Assembly (NCBI GenBank): GCA_036267635.1 | Contig: DATAVR010000099.1 | Coordinates: 54,244-118,243, forward strand | DNA: 64,000 nt | Source: Polyangia bacterium | Lineage (GTDB): Bacteria; Myxococcota_A; Polyangia; Fen-1088 | Direction: 5' to 3' | Shown: one piece after another, positions 1 through 9,733 of the stretch | Layout: every line of letters starts with the position of its first letter | Numbering within the stretch: position 1 is the first letter of the stretch | Notes under the pieces: generated by a model | The model's database searches: none | Told to the model about the DNA's origin: nothing | What the model saw: only the letters and a program-made list of their open reading frames with translations | Made by a program: the position numbers and the translations under genes

Positions 1-603
1 CTGCCCCTGCACGATCTGCACGGTCTCGGCCAGCGCGCCCGCCTCGATCCGGCCCTGGCGCTGCGCCAGCGGATGCGCGCGGGCGGCGACCGGGATCAGG
101 CGGACGTCGGCGACAGGCCGGCTGTCGAGATCGCTGAGGTCGGCGTCTTCGATGGCGATGCCCCAGGCCGAGCGCTTCTCGCGCACGTGCGCCGTGACGC
201 CGGAGAGAATTTCGGTGAAGAGCAACAGCCCGACGTCGGGGTGCTCGCGGGCGAAGTCCTTGGCGAACGCCACCAGCGACTCGGTCGGAAACATGACGTC
301 CACCACGATGTGCAGCGTCCGCTCGGCGCCCCGCTTCAAGCTGGCCACCAGCTCGTCGAGGGCGCCCACACCGTCCTCCACCTTGACCGCGGCCGCGACG
401 ACCGCCTCGCCGTGCGCGGTCAGCACCGGGACCCGCCCGGTGCGATCGAAGAGGCGGAGCCCCAGCTGCGCCTCCAGCCGATCGATCGACTGGCTGACCG
501 CCGCCTGAACGCGCCCCAGCTTGCGCGCCGCCGCCGAGAAGTTGCCCGCCTCCGCCACCGCCCTCAGCGTCCGGAGCTGCTCGATCGTCACGCCCTCCAA
601 CAT
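1..603 (-). CDS. LysR-family transcriptional regulator. The start codon is at 603 and the gene runs off the window edge, so about 200 aa are visible and the C-terminus is missing.
   Basis: The reverse-strand translation begins MLEGVTIEQLRTLRAVAEAGNFSAAARKLGRVQAAVSQSIDRLEAQLGLRLFDRTGR. This is the classic LysR N-terminal winged helix-turn-helix (HTH), followed by a co-inducer-domain-like sequence. It is absent from the ORF track only because no stop codon falls inside the window. Confidence 0.8.
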   Translation of the reverse strand, partial: MLEGVTIEQLRTLRAVAEAGNFSAAARKLGRVQAAVSQSIDRLEAQLGLRLFDRTGRVPVLTAHGEAVVAAAVKVEDGVGALDELVASLKRGAERTLHIVVDVMFPTESLVAFAKDFAREHPDVGLLLFTEILSGVTAHVREKRSAWGIAIEDADLSDLDSRPVADVRLIPVAARAHPLAQRQGRIEAGALAETVQIVQGQ

Positions 604-637
604 CGAGCCGAGGATACCCCACGGTGAGCGGCGCTTT

Positions 638-2968
638 TCAAGGCGCGTTCCGGCCGAGCTGGCGCCGCAGCACCGCCGGATCGTTGGTGGGAAGCTGGCA
701 GTGTCCGCGCTCGCAGACATACGCGGTGCTGCGGCCACGGAGCGCCCGCTTCCCTTCGACGATAGGCGCCACCGTCGCCAGCGCGGCCAGGTCGTCTCCC
801 TCGCCGCTCGCGGCCAGCGCTCTATTCGGCAGGAAGGTGTGCCGCAAGACGGAAAGCAGAGGCGCGGCCGAGGCCTCTCCCGCATTGGCTCCGGCCTCCT
901 TGGGCCAAACCACCACGACCTCGCGGGCGTCGTCGGTGCGGAAGTCGAGCGCGAGCAGCGCGTCGCCGAGCGACGTCGGTCGCTGCGACAGGGCATCGTG
1001 GAGGACGGCGAGCGCCCGATCGGCGATCGCCCGCCAGTGGTCGTCGCCGGTGAAAGTGGCGGCGCGGAGCGCGTTCATGAGGGCCACCGACGCGCCCGAC
1101 GGCGTGGCCCCGTCGGCGCGGGGGCGCTCGCGCGCGATCAGCTTCTCTTGATCGGCGGCGGTCGTGAACCATCCACCCTCTGCCGGATCGGCGAACAGCC
1201 GCTCGGTCTCCCGACACAGGCCCAGCGCTTCGCGCAGCCAGCGCGGATCGAACGACGCCTCGTAGAGGTCGAACAGGCCGGCGGCCACAAAGGCGTAGTC
1301 CTCCAGATAGCCCGGTTGCACGGCGCGACCGTCCTTGAAGCTGCGCATGAGGCGACCGCCGACCCGCAGCCTGGTCAGCACCAGATCGGCCGCGCGGGCC
1401 GCGGCGCGGACGTAGCGGACCTCATCGAGGACCCGGCCGCCGGTCGCCAGGGCGGAGATCGCCAGACCGTTCCAGGCGGCCAGGATCTTCTCGTCGCGAG
1501 CGGGAGCGACCCGGCGGGCGCGGACCGCGAAGAGCTGCTTTCGCGCGCCGTCGAGCGCCGCCCGCTCGGTCTCGTCAGGGCGCGGCACATGGAGGATGTT
1601 GCGCCCCTGAAAGTTGCCGGCCGGCGTGACGCCGTAATAGCGGGCAAATCGCTCGGCGCCGGCCCCCAGCGCCGCTTGGATCTCGGCCTCCGACCAGAGG
1701 AAGAACTTCCCCTCCTCGCCCTCCGAGTCGGCGTCGGTCGCCGAATAGAAACCACCTTCGGGCGAGGTCATCTCGGCGAGGAGGTAGTCGAGCGTCTCGC
1801 GCGCGACCCGCGCAAAGTCGGACCGGCCGGTGACCTGATAGGCCTCGAGGTAGTCGACCGCCAGGAGCGCGTTGTCGTAGAGCATCTTCTCGAAGTGCGG
1901 CACCAGCCACGCGGCGTCGGTCGCGTAGCGGTGAAACCCGCCGCCGACCTGATCGCAGAGGCCACCGGCGGCCATCTTCTCCAGGGTGGAGGTGGCCATC
2001 CGCAGCGCCTCCGGATCGCCGGTGCGGCGGTAGTCGCGCAGGAGAAGCCGGATCGAGAGGCTCGAGGGGAACTTCGGCGCGCCGCGAAGGCCGCCGTTCC
2101 GGTCGTCGTACCCCCGCTTGAAGTTGCTCACCGCCTCGGCGATCGGCCCGGCGTCCGGGGGTCCGCCGGAGAGCATCGACGCCGACGCGGTCGCCGCCCC
2201 ACCCTCCAGATCGCGCCTCACCGCCGTGGTCAGCGCCGCCGTTTGTTGCGCGATGCGGGCCGGGTCCTGGAGATACGCTTCGCTCATCCGCTGCAGCAAC
2301 GTGAGGAACCCCTGGCTGGCGCCCCGGCTGCCGTCTCGCGGCGGGAAATAGGTCCCGCCGAAGAACGGCGCCCGATCGGGCGTGAGCCAGAGGCTCATCG
2401 GCCACCCTCCGGACCCGGTCAGCGCCTCGACCGCGCTCATGTAGACGGCGTCGACGTCGGGCCGCTCTTCGCGATCGACCTTGATGCAGACGTAGTGGCC
2501 GTTCATGTAGCGCGCGATCTCCTCGTCCTCGAACGACTCGACCTCCATGACGTGACACCAGTGGCAGGTGGAGTAGCCGATCGAGACGAAGAGAGGCACA
2601 CCCCGCCGCCGGGCCTCGGCGAACGCTTCGTCGCCCCAGGGGTGCCAGTCGACAGGATTGTGGGCGTGCTGCAAGAGGTACGGGCTGGTCTCGAGGATGA
2701 GACGGTTGGTGTACTTCGGGGCGTTGCCGACCAGGTGGCGGGTCCGGGGAACGTAGGCCGGGGCGGCCGCCTGCCGCTCCGCCAGCGCGGCGCGCAATCG
2801 CGCGTTCAACCCCGGCGGCGGAGGCGGCGCCCCCGGAAGCCACCCGACCGGCGATCCGTCGCCGTCGCTCGCCTGGTCGCGCCCGTGGGCGGTGGGCGCG
2901 TGAATCCGGCAGCCCGCCGCCAGCGCGAACAGCACCAGCAGCTGCCACCTTGCGCCAGGCCCCTTCAT
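638..2968 (-). CDS. Thioredoxin-domain protein of the DUF255 / YyaL family (N-terminal thioredoxin-like domain plus a six-hairpin-glycosidase-like domain), secreted.
   Basis: The 776-aa ORF carries the DUF255 signature [26 protein letters not shown]. An N-terminal hydrophobic signal ([20 protein letters not shown]) is present. The long C-terminal alpha-rich region is typical of YyaL-like proteins. Confidence 0.8.
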   Translation of the reverse strand: MKGPGARWQLLVLFALAAGCRIHAPTAHGRDQASDGDGSPVGWLPGAPPPPPGLNARLRAALAERQAAAPAYVPRTRHLVGNAPKYTNRLILETSPYLLQHAHNPVDWHPWGDEAFAEARRRGVPLFVSIGYSTCHWCHVMEVESFEDEEIARYMNGHYVCIKVDREERPDVDAVYMSAVEALTGSGGWPMSLWLTPDRAPFFGGTYFPPRDGSRGASQGFLTLLQRMSEAYLQDPARIAQQTAALTTAVRRDLEGGAATASASMLSGGPPDAGPIAEAVSNFKRGYDDRNGGLRGAPKFPSSLSIRLLLRDYRRTGDPEALRMATSTLEKMAAGGLCDQVGGGFHRYATDAAWLVPHFEKMLYDNALLAVDYLEAYQVTGRSDFARVARETLDYLLAEMTSPEGGFYSATDADSEGEEGKFFLWSEAEIQAALGAGAERFARYYGVTPAGNFQGRNILHVPRPDETERAALDGARKQLFAVRARRVAPARDEKILAAWNGLAISALATGGRVLDEVRYVRAAARAADLVLTRLRVGGRLMRSFKDGRAVQPGYLEDYAFVAAGLFDLYEASFDPRWLREALGLCRETERLFADPAEGGWFTTAADQEKLIARERPRADGATPSGASVALMNALRAATFTGDDHWRAIADRALAVLHDALSQRPTSLGDALLALDFRTDDAREVVVVWPKEAGANAGEASAAPLLSVLRHTFLPNRALAASGEGDDLAALATVAPIVEGKRALRGRSTAYVCERGHCQLPTNDPAVLRRQLGRNAP

Positions 2969-3190
2969 CGCGCGAAGCTACCTCATCGCGGCAGCGGCCG
3001 ATCGGCCGTCAACCTGAGCCGGCCCGCCGCCTCAGCGGCAGGGCCAAATCGCGCCAGAAATGAGAGGGCGATGCCCAAGGATGCGAGGACGCGGGGGAGA
3101 AGCGGGGTGCAATGTGCCCGCATGCACGCTCCTGCCTCTCAGAATCGCCTCCTGAAGATCGTTTTCGGCGCGGCCGGGAATCCTTCTGCC

Positions 3191-5395
3191 ATGAAGACAG
3201 CTCGCGTATGGACCTTAGGACTTGGCCTGGCGTTCCTCGCCGCAGCTTGCGCGAAGGGGAATGGCGGAACGACCGGGGCTGGCGGCGGCAGCGGGTCCTG
3301 CGGCTCCGGTCAGATGGAGTGCAACGGCTCCTGCACCGACATCGAGGCCGACAGCCAGAACTGCGGCACCTGCGGCTACGTCTGCGACACGGGGACGATC
3401 TGCCAGGGCGCCACCTGCGTCTGCGCGACCGGGTTCGTCTCCTGCAGCGGCCAGTGCGTTTCGTCGAACACCGATCACTGCGGGACCACCTGCGCGGCCT
3501 GCCCGAGCGGCAACGTCTGTAACAACGGCCAGTGCTCGTCGTCGTGTGCCTCGGGCAGCACGATGTGCATGGACGGCGCGTGCAGCTCGGACACCGACAC
3601 GGGGCACTGCGGGTCCAGCTGCACCTCCTGCGCCGGCGGCGCCACCTGCAACAGCGGCACTTGCACCTGCAGCGTGTCGGGTCAGCAGAACTGCAGCGGC
3701 ACCTGCATCGACACCTCGTCAAACCCCAGCAACTGCGGGAGCTGCGGCAACGTCTGCGGGTCCGGACAGTCGTGCACGAACGGCGCCTGCGTGGGCGGCG
3801 GGAGCACCGGCGGGACGACCGGCAGCGGTGGCTCCGGCACCGGCGGGACGACCGGCACCGGCGGCTCGGGCACCGGCGGCACCACCGGCAGCGGCGGCTC
3901 CGGCACCGGCGGCGCCACCGGCACGGGTGGGACCGGGACGACGAATCAGCCGCTGGTGGTCACCTCCGCCAACAACGCCTTCTGGAAGACGAACGGGACG
4001 CTGACCACCTCGACCGCGAACGCCACCGTCACCGTCAACGACACCACCGTCAAGCAGAACTGGGAGGGCTTTGGCGGCGCGTTCAACGAGCTGGGCTGGA
4101 GCTACATCCAGATGCTGAGCGCCAGCGACCAGACCAAGGTCATGGACCTGCTGTTCGGCACCGACGCCGCTCACTTCGCCATCGGGCGCATCCCAATCGG
4201 CGCCAGCGACTACGCGCTCTCGCGCTACACCGACGACGAGACGTCGGGCGACACCAGCCTCAACAGCTTCTCGATCACCGAGGACATGAAGTACCTGATC
4301 CCCTACGTGCAGGCGGCGCAGAAGGTCAACAGCGGCCTCCGATTTTGGGCCAGTCCCTGGACGCCGCCGACCTGGATGAAGACGTTCACCGGCAACGACT
4401 CCAACGGCACCGCGTGCAAGCTGGTCGGCAGCACCAACTTCGACGGCGGCTGCATGAACGCGACGAGCGCGAACCTGACGGCCTTCGCGAACTACCTCTC
4501 GAAGTGGGTCACGGCGTACAACGGGCTGCAGATCAAGATCGACACCATTTCGCCGCAGAACGAGCCGAACTACGCGCAAGGCTACCCGTCCTGCCTCTGG
4601 AACACGGCGGACTACGTCACCTTCTTCAAGGGGGCGCTGACGACGGCGTTTCCAAGCTCCGGCAGCACCAAGGTCATGCTGGGTACGATGTCGAACGGCG
4701 ACAACGGCGCCAGCAGCTTCGATCTCAAGGTGGTCCAGGCCGTCGAGGCAGACTCGACCGCCAAGACGATCCCCAAGGTCATGGGCCTGCAGTGGGGGAT
4801 GCTGGACCTCTACAATGGGCTCACGAGCGGCATCGGGCCCTCGAACTTCATGACCGGCAGCCTTCCCGTCTGGGCGACCGAGCACAAGTGCGGCAACTAT
4901 CCGTGGATCACGAACACCTCGACCAGCAACCCGGCGACCGGCACGAACTTCCCGGCTTACGCCGCGACCGCGCCCAACGATCAGGCTTACGGCGTCGAAT
5001 CCTGGGCCTACATCCGCAACGCCATCAACAAGGGTGGCGTGACCGCGTACAACGCCTGGAACATGGTCCTCGACACGGTCGGAAAGGGGAACGACACGAC
5101 CCGGGCCTGGGCGCAGGACGCGCTGCTGGTGGTGAACACCTCCTCGAAGACGCTGACGGTGACGCCGGCCTACTACGTCTTCCGCCACTGCTCGCAATAC
5201 GTTCAGGTGGGCGCGACGGTCGTCACCACCACCGGCGGCGACGCGATCGCCTGGAAGAACCCGGACGGCAGCGAGGTGGCGGTCATGTACAACTCCGGAA
5301 GCGCGTCGACCTATACGATCGCCATCGCCGGCAAGAAGATGCAGTTCGCCATGCCGGCGGCCGGCTGGGCGACCGTCTACATCCCCGCCAGCTGA
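3191..5395 (+). CDS. Glycoside hydrolase family 30 lipoprotein (glucosylceramidase / xylanase / beta-1,6-glucanase type). Its N-terminus carries a Cys-rich repeat module and a Gly/Thr/Ser linker.
   Basis: The start was set at the in-frame ATG that has a lipoprotein signal (MKTARVWTLGLGLAFLAAAC) inside the 1624-aa track ORF. The upstream part of that ORF is antisense to the DUF255 gene. There are four repeats of the form CxGxCxDxxxDxxNCGxCGxxC, then (GGSGTGGTTG)n. The catalytic domain shows GH30 hallmarks: WEGFGGAFNE, ISPQNEPNY (acid/base Glu in the NEP motif) and a beta-sandwich C-terminus. Confidence 0.8.
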   Translation: MKTARVWTLGLGLAFLAAACAKGNGGTTGAGGGSGSCGSGQMECNGSCTDIEADSQNCGTCGYVCDTGTICQGATCVCATGFVSCSGQCVSSNTDHCGTTCAACPSGNVCNNGQCSSSCASGSTMCMDGACSSDTDTGHCGSSCTSCAGGATCNSGTCTCSVSGQQNCSGTCIDTSSNPSNCGSCGNVCGSGQSCTNGACVGGGSTGGTTGSGGSGTGGTTGTGGSGTGGTTGSGGSGTGGATGTGGTGTTNQPLVVTSANNAFWKTNGTLTTSTANATVTVNDTTVKQNWEGFGGAFNELGWSYIQMLSASDQTKVMDLLFGTDAAHFAIGRIPIGASDYALSRYTDDETSGDTSLNSFSITEDMKYLIPYVQAAQKVNSGLRFWASPWTPPTWMKTFTGNDSNGTACKLVGSTNFDGGCMNATSANLTAFANYLSKWVTAYNGLQIKIDTISPQNEPNYAQGYPSCLWNTADYVTFFKGALTTAFPSSGSTKVMLGTMSNGDNGASSFDLKVVQAVEADSTAKTIPKVMGLQWGMLDLYNGLTSGIGPSNFMTGSLPVWATEHKCGNYPWITNTSTSNPATGTNFPAYAATAPNDQAYGVESWAYIRNAINKGGVTAYNAWNMVLDTVGKGNDTTRAWAQDALLVVNTSSKTLTVTPAYYVFRHCSQYVQVGATVVTTTGGDAIAWKNPDGSEVAVMYNSGSASTYTIAIAGKKMQFAMPAAGWATVYIPAS
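3790..3950 (+). repeat. In-frame tandem repeat of roughly 30 bp (about five copies) that encodes a (GGSGTGGTTG)n flexible linker inside the GH30 gene.
   Basis: The unit ggcggctccggcaccggcgggacgaccggc repeats directly in the sequence. The translation is GSGTGGTTGSGGSGTGGTTGTGGSGTGGTTGSGGSGTGGATG. Confidence 0.7.
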
Positions 5396-5445
5396 GCGCG
5401 CGACCTTGAGCCCGGGCGTGGACCTCGTCGCGGCGCCGCCGCGGC

Positions 5446-5482
5446 GGGGCCACAAATCATGATTTCCGATATTGTGGGCCCC
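5446..5482 (+). other. Imperfect stem-loop (GGGGCCACA ... TGTGGGCCCC) in the GH30-GH3 intergenic spacer. No trailing U-run follows it.
   Basis: The inverted repeat is read directly: ggggccacaaatcatgatttccgatattgtgggcccc. Confidence 0.3.
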
Positions 5483-5620
5483 GGCTCACGTTCGGGCCGC
5501 CGTTCGGCGCCGCGACATGGCTCCATTGCCGCGCGGAGGGCCGTGATACGGTACTTTCCTTTCAGGCAGTGGCCGGGCGCCGTCGAGATTCATCGAAAAA
5601 AGAGCTCGTTAGGAGTTTCA

Positions 5621-8233
5621 ATGCGTAATGTGACAATGCTCAAATCGTTGCTTTGGCCGGCTCTCGGTTGTTTGTTTGCGTCGGCTTGCTCGCTCCCCGC
5701 GCTGAAGGGCGGCGATGCTTCCATTGTCGTCCAAGGCTGCGGCGCCGATGACGCCGGCGTCGCCGACGCTGGCAGCACCGTCATGGCCACCGGGGACGTC
5801 GAGAACGTCATCACGCCCCAGGCCTGCGCGGCGGTGGGCGCCAACCCCAACGCGATCGACAAGTACACGCAGGGCTACGCCTACGCCGACCCGATGATCG
5901 TGAACGAGGTCGAGGCCACGATGACGACCATCAGCGTCGCCGACGAGGCCACGCAGATGCGTGGCATGCCCTACGGCTCGGCGGGGGCGACTCAGTTCAA
6001 CGACATTCAGCGCAGCGAAGACACCGCCACGATTCGCGGCTATCGGTATCGGGACGCCTCGCGCGGCATGAACCTGGGCGAGGACATCGACGGCGCCTTC
6101 GCCACCGCCGGCCTCGTGAACAATTCCCACGTCGGATACTCGACCGCGTTCCCGGTCAGCATGGCCCGCGGCGCCGCCTTCGACCTCGACCTCGAGTACG
6201 CGGTCGGCGAGGCGATCGGCGACGAGATGCAGGCGGCCCAGCAGACGCTGCTGCTGGCCCCCTGTATGAACCTGCTCCGTCATCCCTACTGGGGCCGCGC
6301 GCAGGAGACCTACGGCGAGGATCCCTATCAAATCGGCCGTCTGGCCTCGGCGATGGTGGTCGGCGTCCAGGAGCACATCGCCGCCAACGCCAAGCACTAC
6401 ATGGGTTACGACGTCGAGAACGGCCGCAACACCAACGATGCCGAGATGGTCGACGAGCAGACGCTGCGGGAGATCTACGGCCGCCATTTCCGGATGGTGG
6501 TCCAGGACTCCGGCGTGGCGTCGGTGATGGCCTCCTACAACGAGGTGGACGGCACGAAGTCGACACAGAACCAGCACACGCTGACCGACGTGTTGCGCAC
6601 CGACTTCGGGTTCAAGGGGTTCGTCCTCAGCGACTGGTGGGCGATGCCGGGCGGTCTGACGATCGCCGACTCGAGCTTGCTCAAGAATCAGGCGCTCCAG
6701 GCCCTCCAGGCCGGCCTGGATGTCGAGCTCCCCTGGGGGCTGAACTACGGCCAGCTGGAGAGCCTCTCGAGCTCGCACGCCCTGACGAAGGACCAGCTCG
6801 ATACCTCCGTGAGGCGAATCCTCTACGAGAAGTACCGCTTCAACTCCGACAAGACCACCGGCAACATCGGCCTCAAGGCGCCGGTCACGATCTACGCGAA
6901 CAGCCGGATCAACTGTGACTCGAGCCACCTGGCCCTGGCCAAGCGCGCCGCGCTCGAGAGCATGGTCCTGCTCAAGAACCAGGGCGCTCTCCCCATCAGC
7001 CCGACGGTGAAGAAGATCGCGGTGGTGGGCGCGACGGTTCCCTATCGAACCACCGACGGGGGCTCGACCAACACCGGCGGCAGCATCAACTTCGCCACCG
7101 ACCTGCGCACGGGCGATCTCGGGTCGAGCCGGGTGTTCCCCGACCCGGCCAAGAGCGTGGGCCCCTTCGCCGGCATCTGCGTCGCCTCGGGCGGGATGCC
7201 GAACGGGAGCTCTTGTAGCGGCTCCACGGTCACCGTCACCACGGCCACCAACAACCTCGGCGATCTGGCGCCGATCATGACCGAGATCGCCGATGCCGAC
7301 TTCGTCGTCGTCGTGGCGGGCCTCACCGCCCAGGACGAGGGCGAGGAGTACACCCTGGCCGGCGATCGCAACAGCAACTGCGTCAACGGCGTCAACGGAA
7401 CCGGCAACTGTTTGCTGCTCGATTCCAAGCAGCCCGACTCGAACTACGCCGGGATTCAAAACAAGCTGATCTCCGCGGTGGCTGGCGCGGGGAAACCGAT
7501 GGTGGTCGTGCTCGAGGGGGGCAGCGTGATCGACATGACCCCCTGGCTCTCCTCCGTCCCCGCGGTGGTCATGGCCTGGTACCCGGGACAGCGGGGTGGC
7601 GAGGCGCTGGGCGATCTGCTGTGGGGAGAGGTCGGCGGGACCTCGTACAACTTCGGCGGCAAGCTGCCGTTCACCTGGGGGCACATGAACGACTACTTCC
7701 CGTTCACCGGTCCCAACGGCGCGACGACGTTCGATTACTACGTCGGCTATCGCTACTTCGACAAGAACAACATCGCCCCGGTGTTTCCCTTCGGGTACGG
7801 GCTCAGCTACACGACGTTCGCGCTCAGCAACCTGCAGCTCGGGTGCAGCACCATGACCCAGGGAGCGGTGCTGCCGGTGGTGGTCAACGTCCAGAACACG
7901 GGCACGGTGGCCGGTGACGAGACGCTGATGGTCTTCGTCTCATTCCCCAACACCACCGCGCGCCGGGCGGCCAAGGAGCTGAAGGGCTTCGCGCGCGTGA
8001 GCCTGGCCGCCGGCGAGGCGAAGCAGGTCACGATCCCGGTCCGTCTTTCGGACCTCGACTACTTCCAGGTCGACGCCAACGACCCGACCACCGGCAAATG
8101 GGTGGTGGAGAGCGGACAGGTCAACATCATGGTGACCGACGGCTCCCTCAATCCCAGCGACGGAACCACGCAATTCCCCCTCACGGGAACGGTGAACGTC
8201 ACCGGATACAGCACCGCCGGATCGTCTCAATGA
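5621..8233 (+). CDS. Glycoside hydrolase family 3 lipoprotein (beta-glucosidase / beta-xylosidase type) with a C-terminal fibronectin-III-like domain.
   Basis: An aggag Shine-Dalgarno sits 6 nt upstream of the ATG at 5621. The signal is MRNVTMLKSLLWPALGCLFASAC. GH3 motifs are present: KHYMGYD and GFKGFVLSDWWAM (the nucleophile Asp in SDW). The C-terminal region resembles the GH3 FnIII-like domain. Confidence 0.85.
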   Translation: MRNVTMLKSLLWPALGCLFASACSLPALKGGDASIVVQGCGADDAGVADAGSTVMATGDVENVITPQACAAVGANPNAIDKYTQGYAYADPMIVNEVEATMTTISVADEATQMRGMPYGSAGATQFNDIQRSEDTATIRGYRYRDASRGMNLGEDIDGAFATAGLVNNSHVGYSTAFPVSMARGAAFDLDLEYAVGEAIGDEMQAAQQTLLLAPCMNLLRHPYWGRAQETYGEDPYQIGRLASAMVVGVQEHIAANAKHYMGYDVENGRNTNDAEMVDEQTLREIYGRHFRMVVQDSGVASVMASYNEVDGTKSTQNQHTLTDVLRTDFGFKGFVLSDWWAMPGGLTIADSSLLKNQALQALQAGLDVELPWGLNYGQLESLSSSHALTKDQLDTSVRRILYEKYRFNSDKTTGNIGLKAPVTIYANSRINCDSSHLALAKRAALESMVLLKNQGALPISPTVKKIAVVGATVPYRTTDGGSTNTGGSINFATDLRTGDLGSSRVFPDPAKSVGPFAGICVASGGMPNGSSCSGSTVTVTTATNNLGDLAPIMTEIADADFVVVVAGLTAQDEGEEYTLAGDRNSNCVNGVNGTGNCLLLDSKQPDSNYAGIQNKLISAVAGAGKPMVVVLEGGSVIDMTPWLSSVPAVVMAWYPGQRGGEALGDLLWGEVGGTSYNFGGKLPFTWGHMNDYFPFTGPNGATTFDYYVGYRYFDKNNIAPVFPFGYGLSYTTFALSNLQLGCSTMTQGAVLPVVVNVQNTGTVAGDETLMVFVSFPNTTARRAAKELKGFARVSLAAGEAKQVTIPVRLSDLDYFQVDANDPTTGKWVVESGQVNIMVTDGSLNPSDGTTQFPLTGTVNVTGYSTAGSSQ

Positions 8234-9708
8234 AAACATCTCTCCTGGCCGCCTTCGTTCTTTTGGGATCGTCTTTGGAATCTTCGACGGCCGCCCTCGC
8301 TCAGCAAGCGGCCCCGACACCTCCACCGGCCGCCGCCGCGCCCGCCGACGGGCAACCGGGGCAGCCAGCGCCGGCGCCTCCGTTGATCCTGGTCGTGCCG
8401 CCCCCGACCGCCACCGTGGCGCCCGCGCGCGAGGCCACCGCGGTGATCGGTTCGATTCCGCCACCGCCGGTGCCGGCTGCCGAGGCGGACCCGGTCACCG
8501 AGATCGGCCTCGAGCGGCTCCCCGGGTCGGCCTACCCGGAGCCGCAGACCCGCGGCCTCAAGTACGGTTCGTTGTGGCTGACCTTCCACGGTCTGCAATG
8601 GCCCTACCTGCCCGCCAAGGCCGGCCGCGAACGCTTCGTGATTGGTCTGTCCGGGTGGGGGTGGTTGGACACCGCCTATGAGAAGTTCGCCCCCTGGGGG
8701 CAGAATTCCAATCTGGATTTGAGCCGGATCGCTTACTGGAAACAGCAGGGGCGCATGCTGTTGCGGGTCACGCCCACCTACTCCTTCGAAGATTGGTTCG
8801 TCCAGGGGCAGGTCGAGCTGGTCGGCACCGAGGATCAGACCATCCAGAGAGGGGAAGTCGGCGGCGCCGACACCGACGATCTCTGGCTGCGCCTCGGCCA
8901 GTGGAACCGGTGGGACTTCCAGGTGGGCCGCTTCGAGGGCTGGGAGGTGTTCCACCTCGGGATGGGCCTCGACCAGAACACGTTCGAACGTTCGGGCGCG
9001 GTCGGCAACGGCGAGAACAGCCTTCCGATTTCGTTCTACGGCCTGACCGACAATCAGTTTCGGCCCCAGGGCGCCGCCGGGAACATGGCCGTCCACTACT
9101 ACCCGTTGCCCTTTCTTCGCTTCGAGGTGCTGGGGATGGCGGGGAGCCTGAGCGGGCCGGCCATCGCCACCCGTCCGGTGGCCATCGTCGACCTCGGGTG
9201 GCTCAAGCTCAAAGGGGGCGTGGAGTGGCAGCGCATCACCGGGCAGCAGGCCGACGACCAGACCAACAAGACCTCGAAGGGGGTCGGGGGCGCCATCCAG
9301 TTCGTCTTCGAGCCGCACATCGAGCTCGGCCTCAACGCCGCGCAGGGGACCGTGGTCAGCGTCGACAACTTTGGACGAGCGAATCCCAGCGGGACCTTCA
9401 CCCGCACCAGCTACGGCGGGTTCGCGAACGTCTCCAACGGCAGCGCCCGATATCCTCTGTTGTTCGGCGTGGGCGGTCTCTTCACCCGCAACGTCGATCA
9501 AAACAACGTCGCCAATCCCAATGTCGTGGACAACTACTGGCTCTGGCAAAGCTTCGCCGCCGTCCAGTACGTGGTCTTCAATCAGCTCTACATCAAGCTG
9601 GTCGGCGGTTACTCGCGAGGCCACTGGTTGAACGCCAGCATGAGCCCCGCGCTCCAGTACGACGACGAGATGTACAGCATCCGGCTACGGTTTTCGTTCT
9701 ATTTCTAG
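8230..9708 (+). CDS. Outer-membrane beta-barrel protein (putative porin) with a Pro/Ala-rich N-terminal extension.
   Basis: Its ATG overlaps the GH3 stop codon (ATGA). The signal peptide is MKTSLLAAFVLLGSSLESSTAALA. A Pro-rich stretch comes next, then amphipathic beta-strands that alternate aromatic and Gly residues. The terminus ...SIRLRFSFYF ends in Phe, the OMP signature. Confidence 0.7.
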   Translation: MKTSLLAAFVLLGSSLESSTAALAQQAAPTPPPAAAAPADGQPGQPAPAPPLILVVPPPTATVAPAREATAVIGSIPPPPVPAAEADPVTEIGLERLPGSAYPEPQTRGLKYGSLWLTFHGLQWPYLPAKAGRERFVIGLSGWGWLDTAYEKFAPWGQNSNLDLSRIAYWKQQGRMLLRVTPTYSFEDWFVQGQVELVGTEDQTIQRGEVGGADTDDLWLRLGQWNRWDFQVGRFEGWEVFHLGMGLDQNTFERSGAVGNGENSLPISFYGLTDNQFRPQGAAGNMAVHYYPLPFLRFEVLGMAGSLSGPAIATRPVAIVDLGWLKLKGGVEWQRITGQQADDQTNKTSKGVGGAIQFVFEPHIELGLNAAQGTVVSVDNFGRANPSGTFTRTSYGGFANVSNGSARYPLLFGVGGLFTRNVDQNNVANPNVVDNYWLWQSFAAVQYVVFNQLYIKLVGGYSRGHWLNASMSPALQYDDEMYSIRLRFSFYF

Positions 9709-9733
9709 CCGCCCGCGGAATGAGAGAAAACAG

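Noticed and set aside
521-3190. The upstream ~890 codons of the 1624-aa + ORF (521-5395).
   Set aside because: This part is antisense to the well-supported DUF255 gene and has no protein-like features. The real GH30 gene begins at the internal ATG at 3191, which carries a lipoprotein signal.
3009-3722. Cys/Arg-rich 237-aa ORF on the minus strand (MTRCRCRCRC...).
   Set aside because: It is a reverse-frame artefact of the GH30 Cys-repeat region.
3719-5455. 578-aa ORF on the minus strand.
   Set aside because: It is antisense to the GH30 catalytic domain and encodes Arg/Gly/Val-rich low-complexity sequence typical of GC-rich reverse frames.
5618-7684. 688-aa ORF on the minus strand.
   Set aside because: It is antisense to the GH3 gene and has no recognisable domains.
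8227-9624. 465-aa ORF on the minus strand.
   Set aside because: It is antisense to the OMP gene and is an Arg/Gly-rich artefact.
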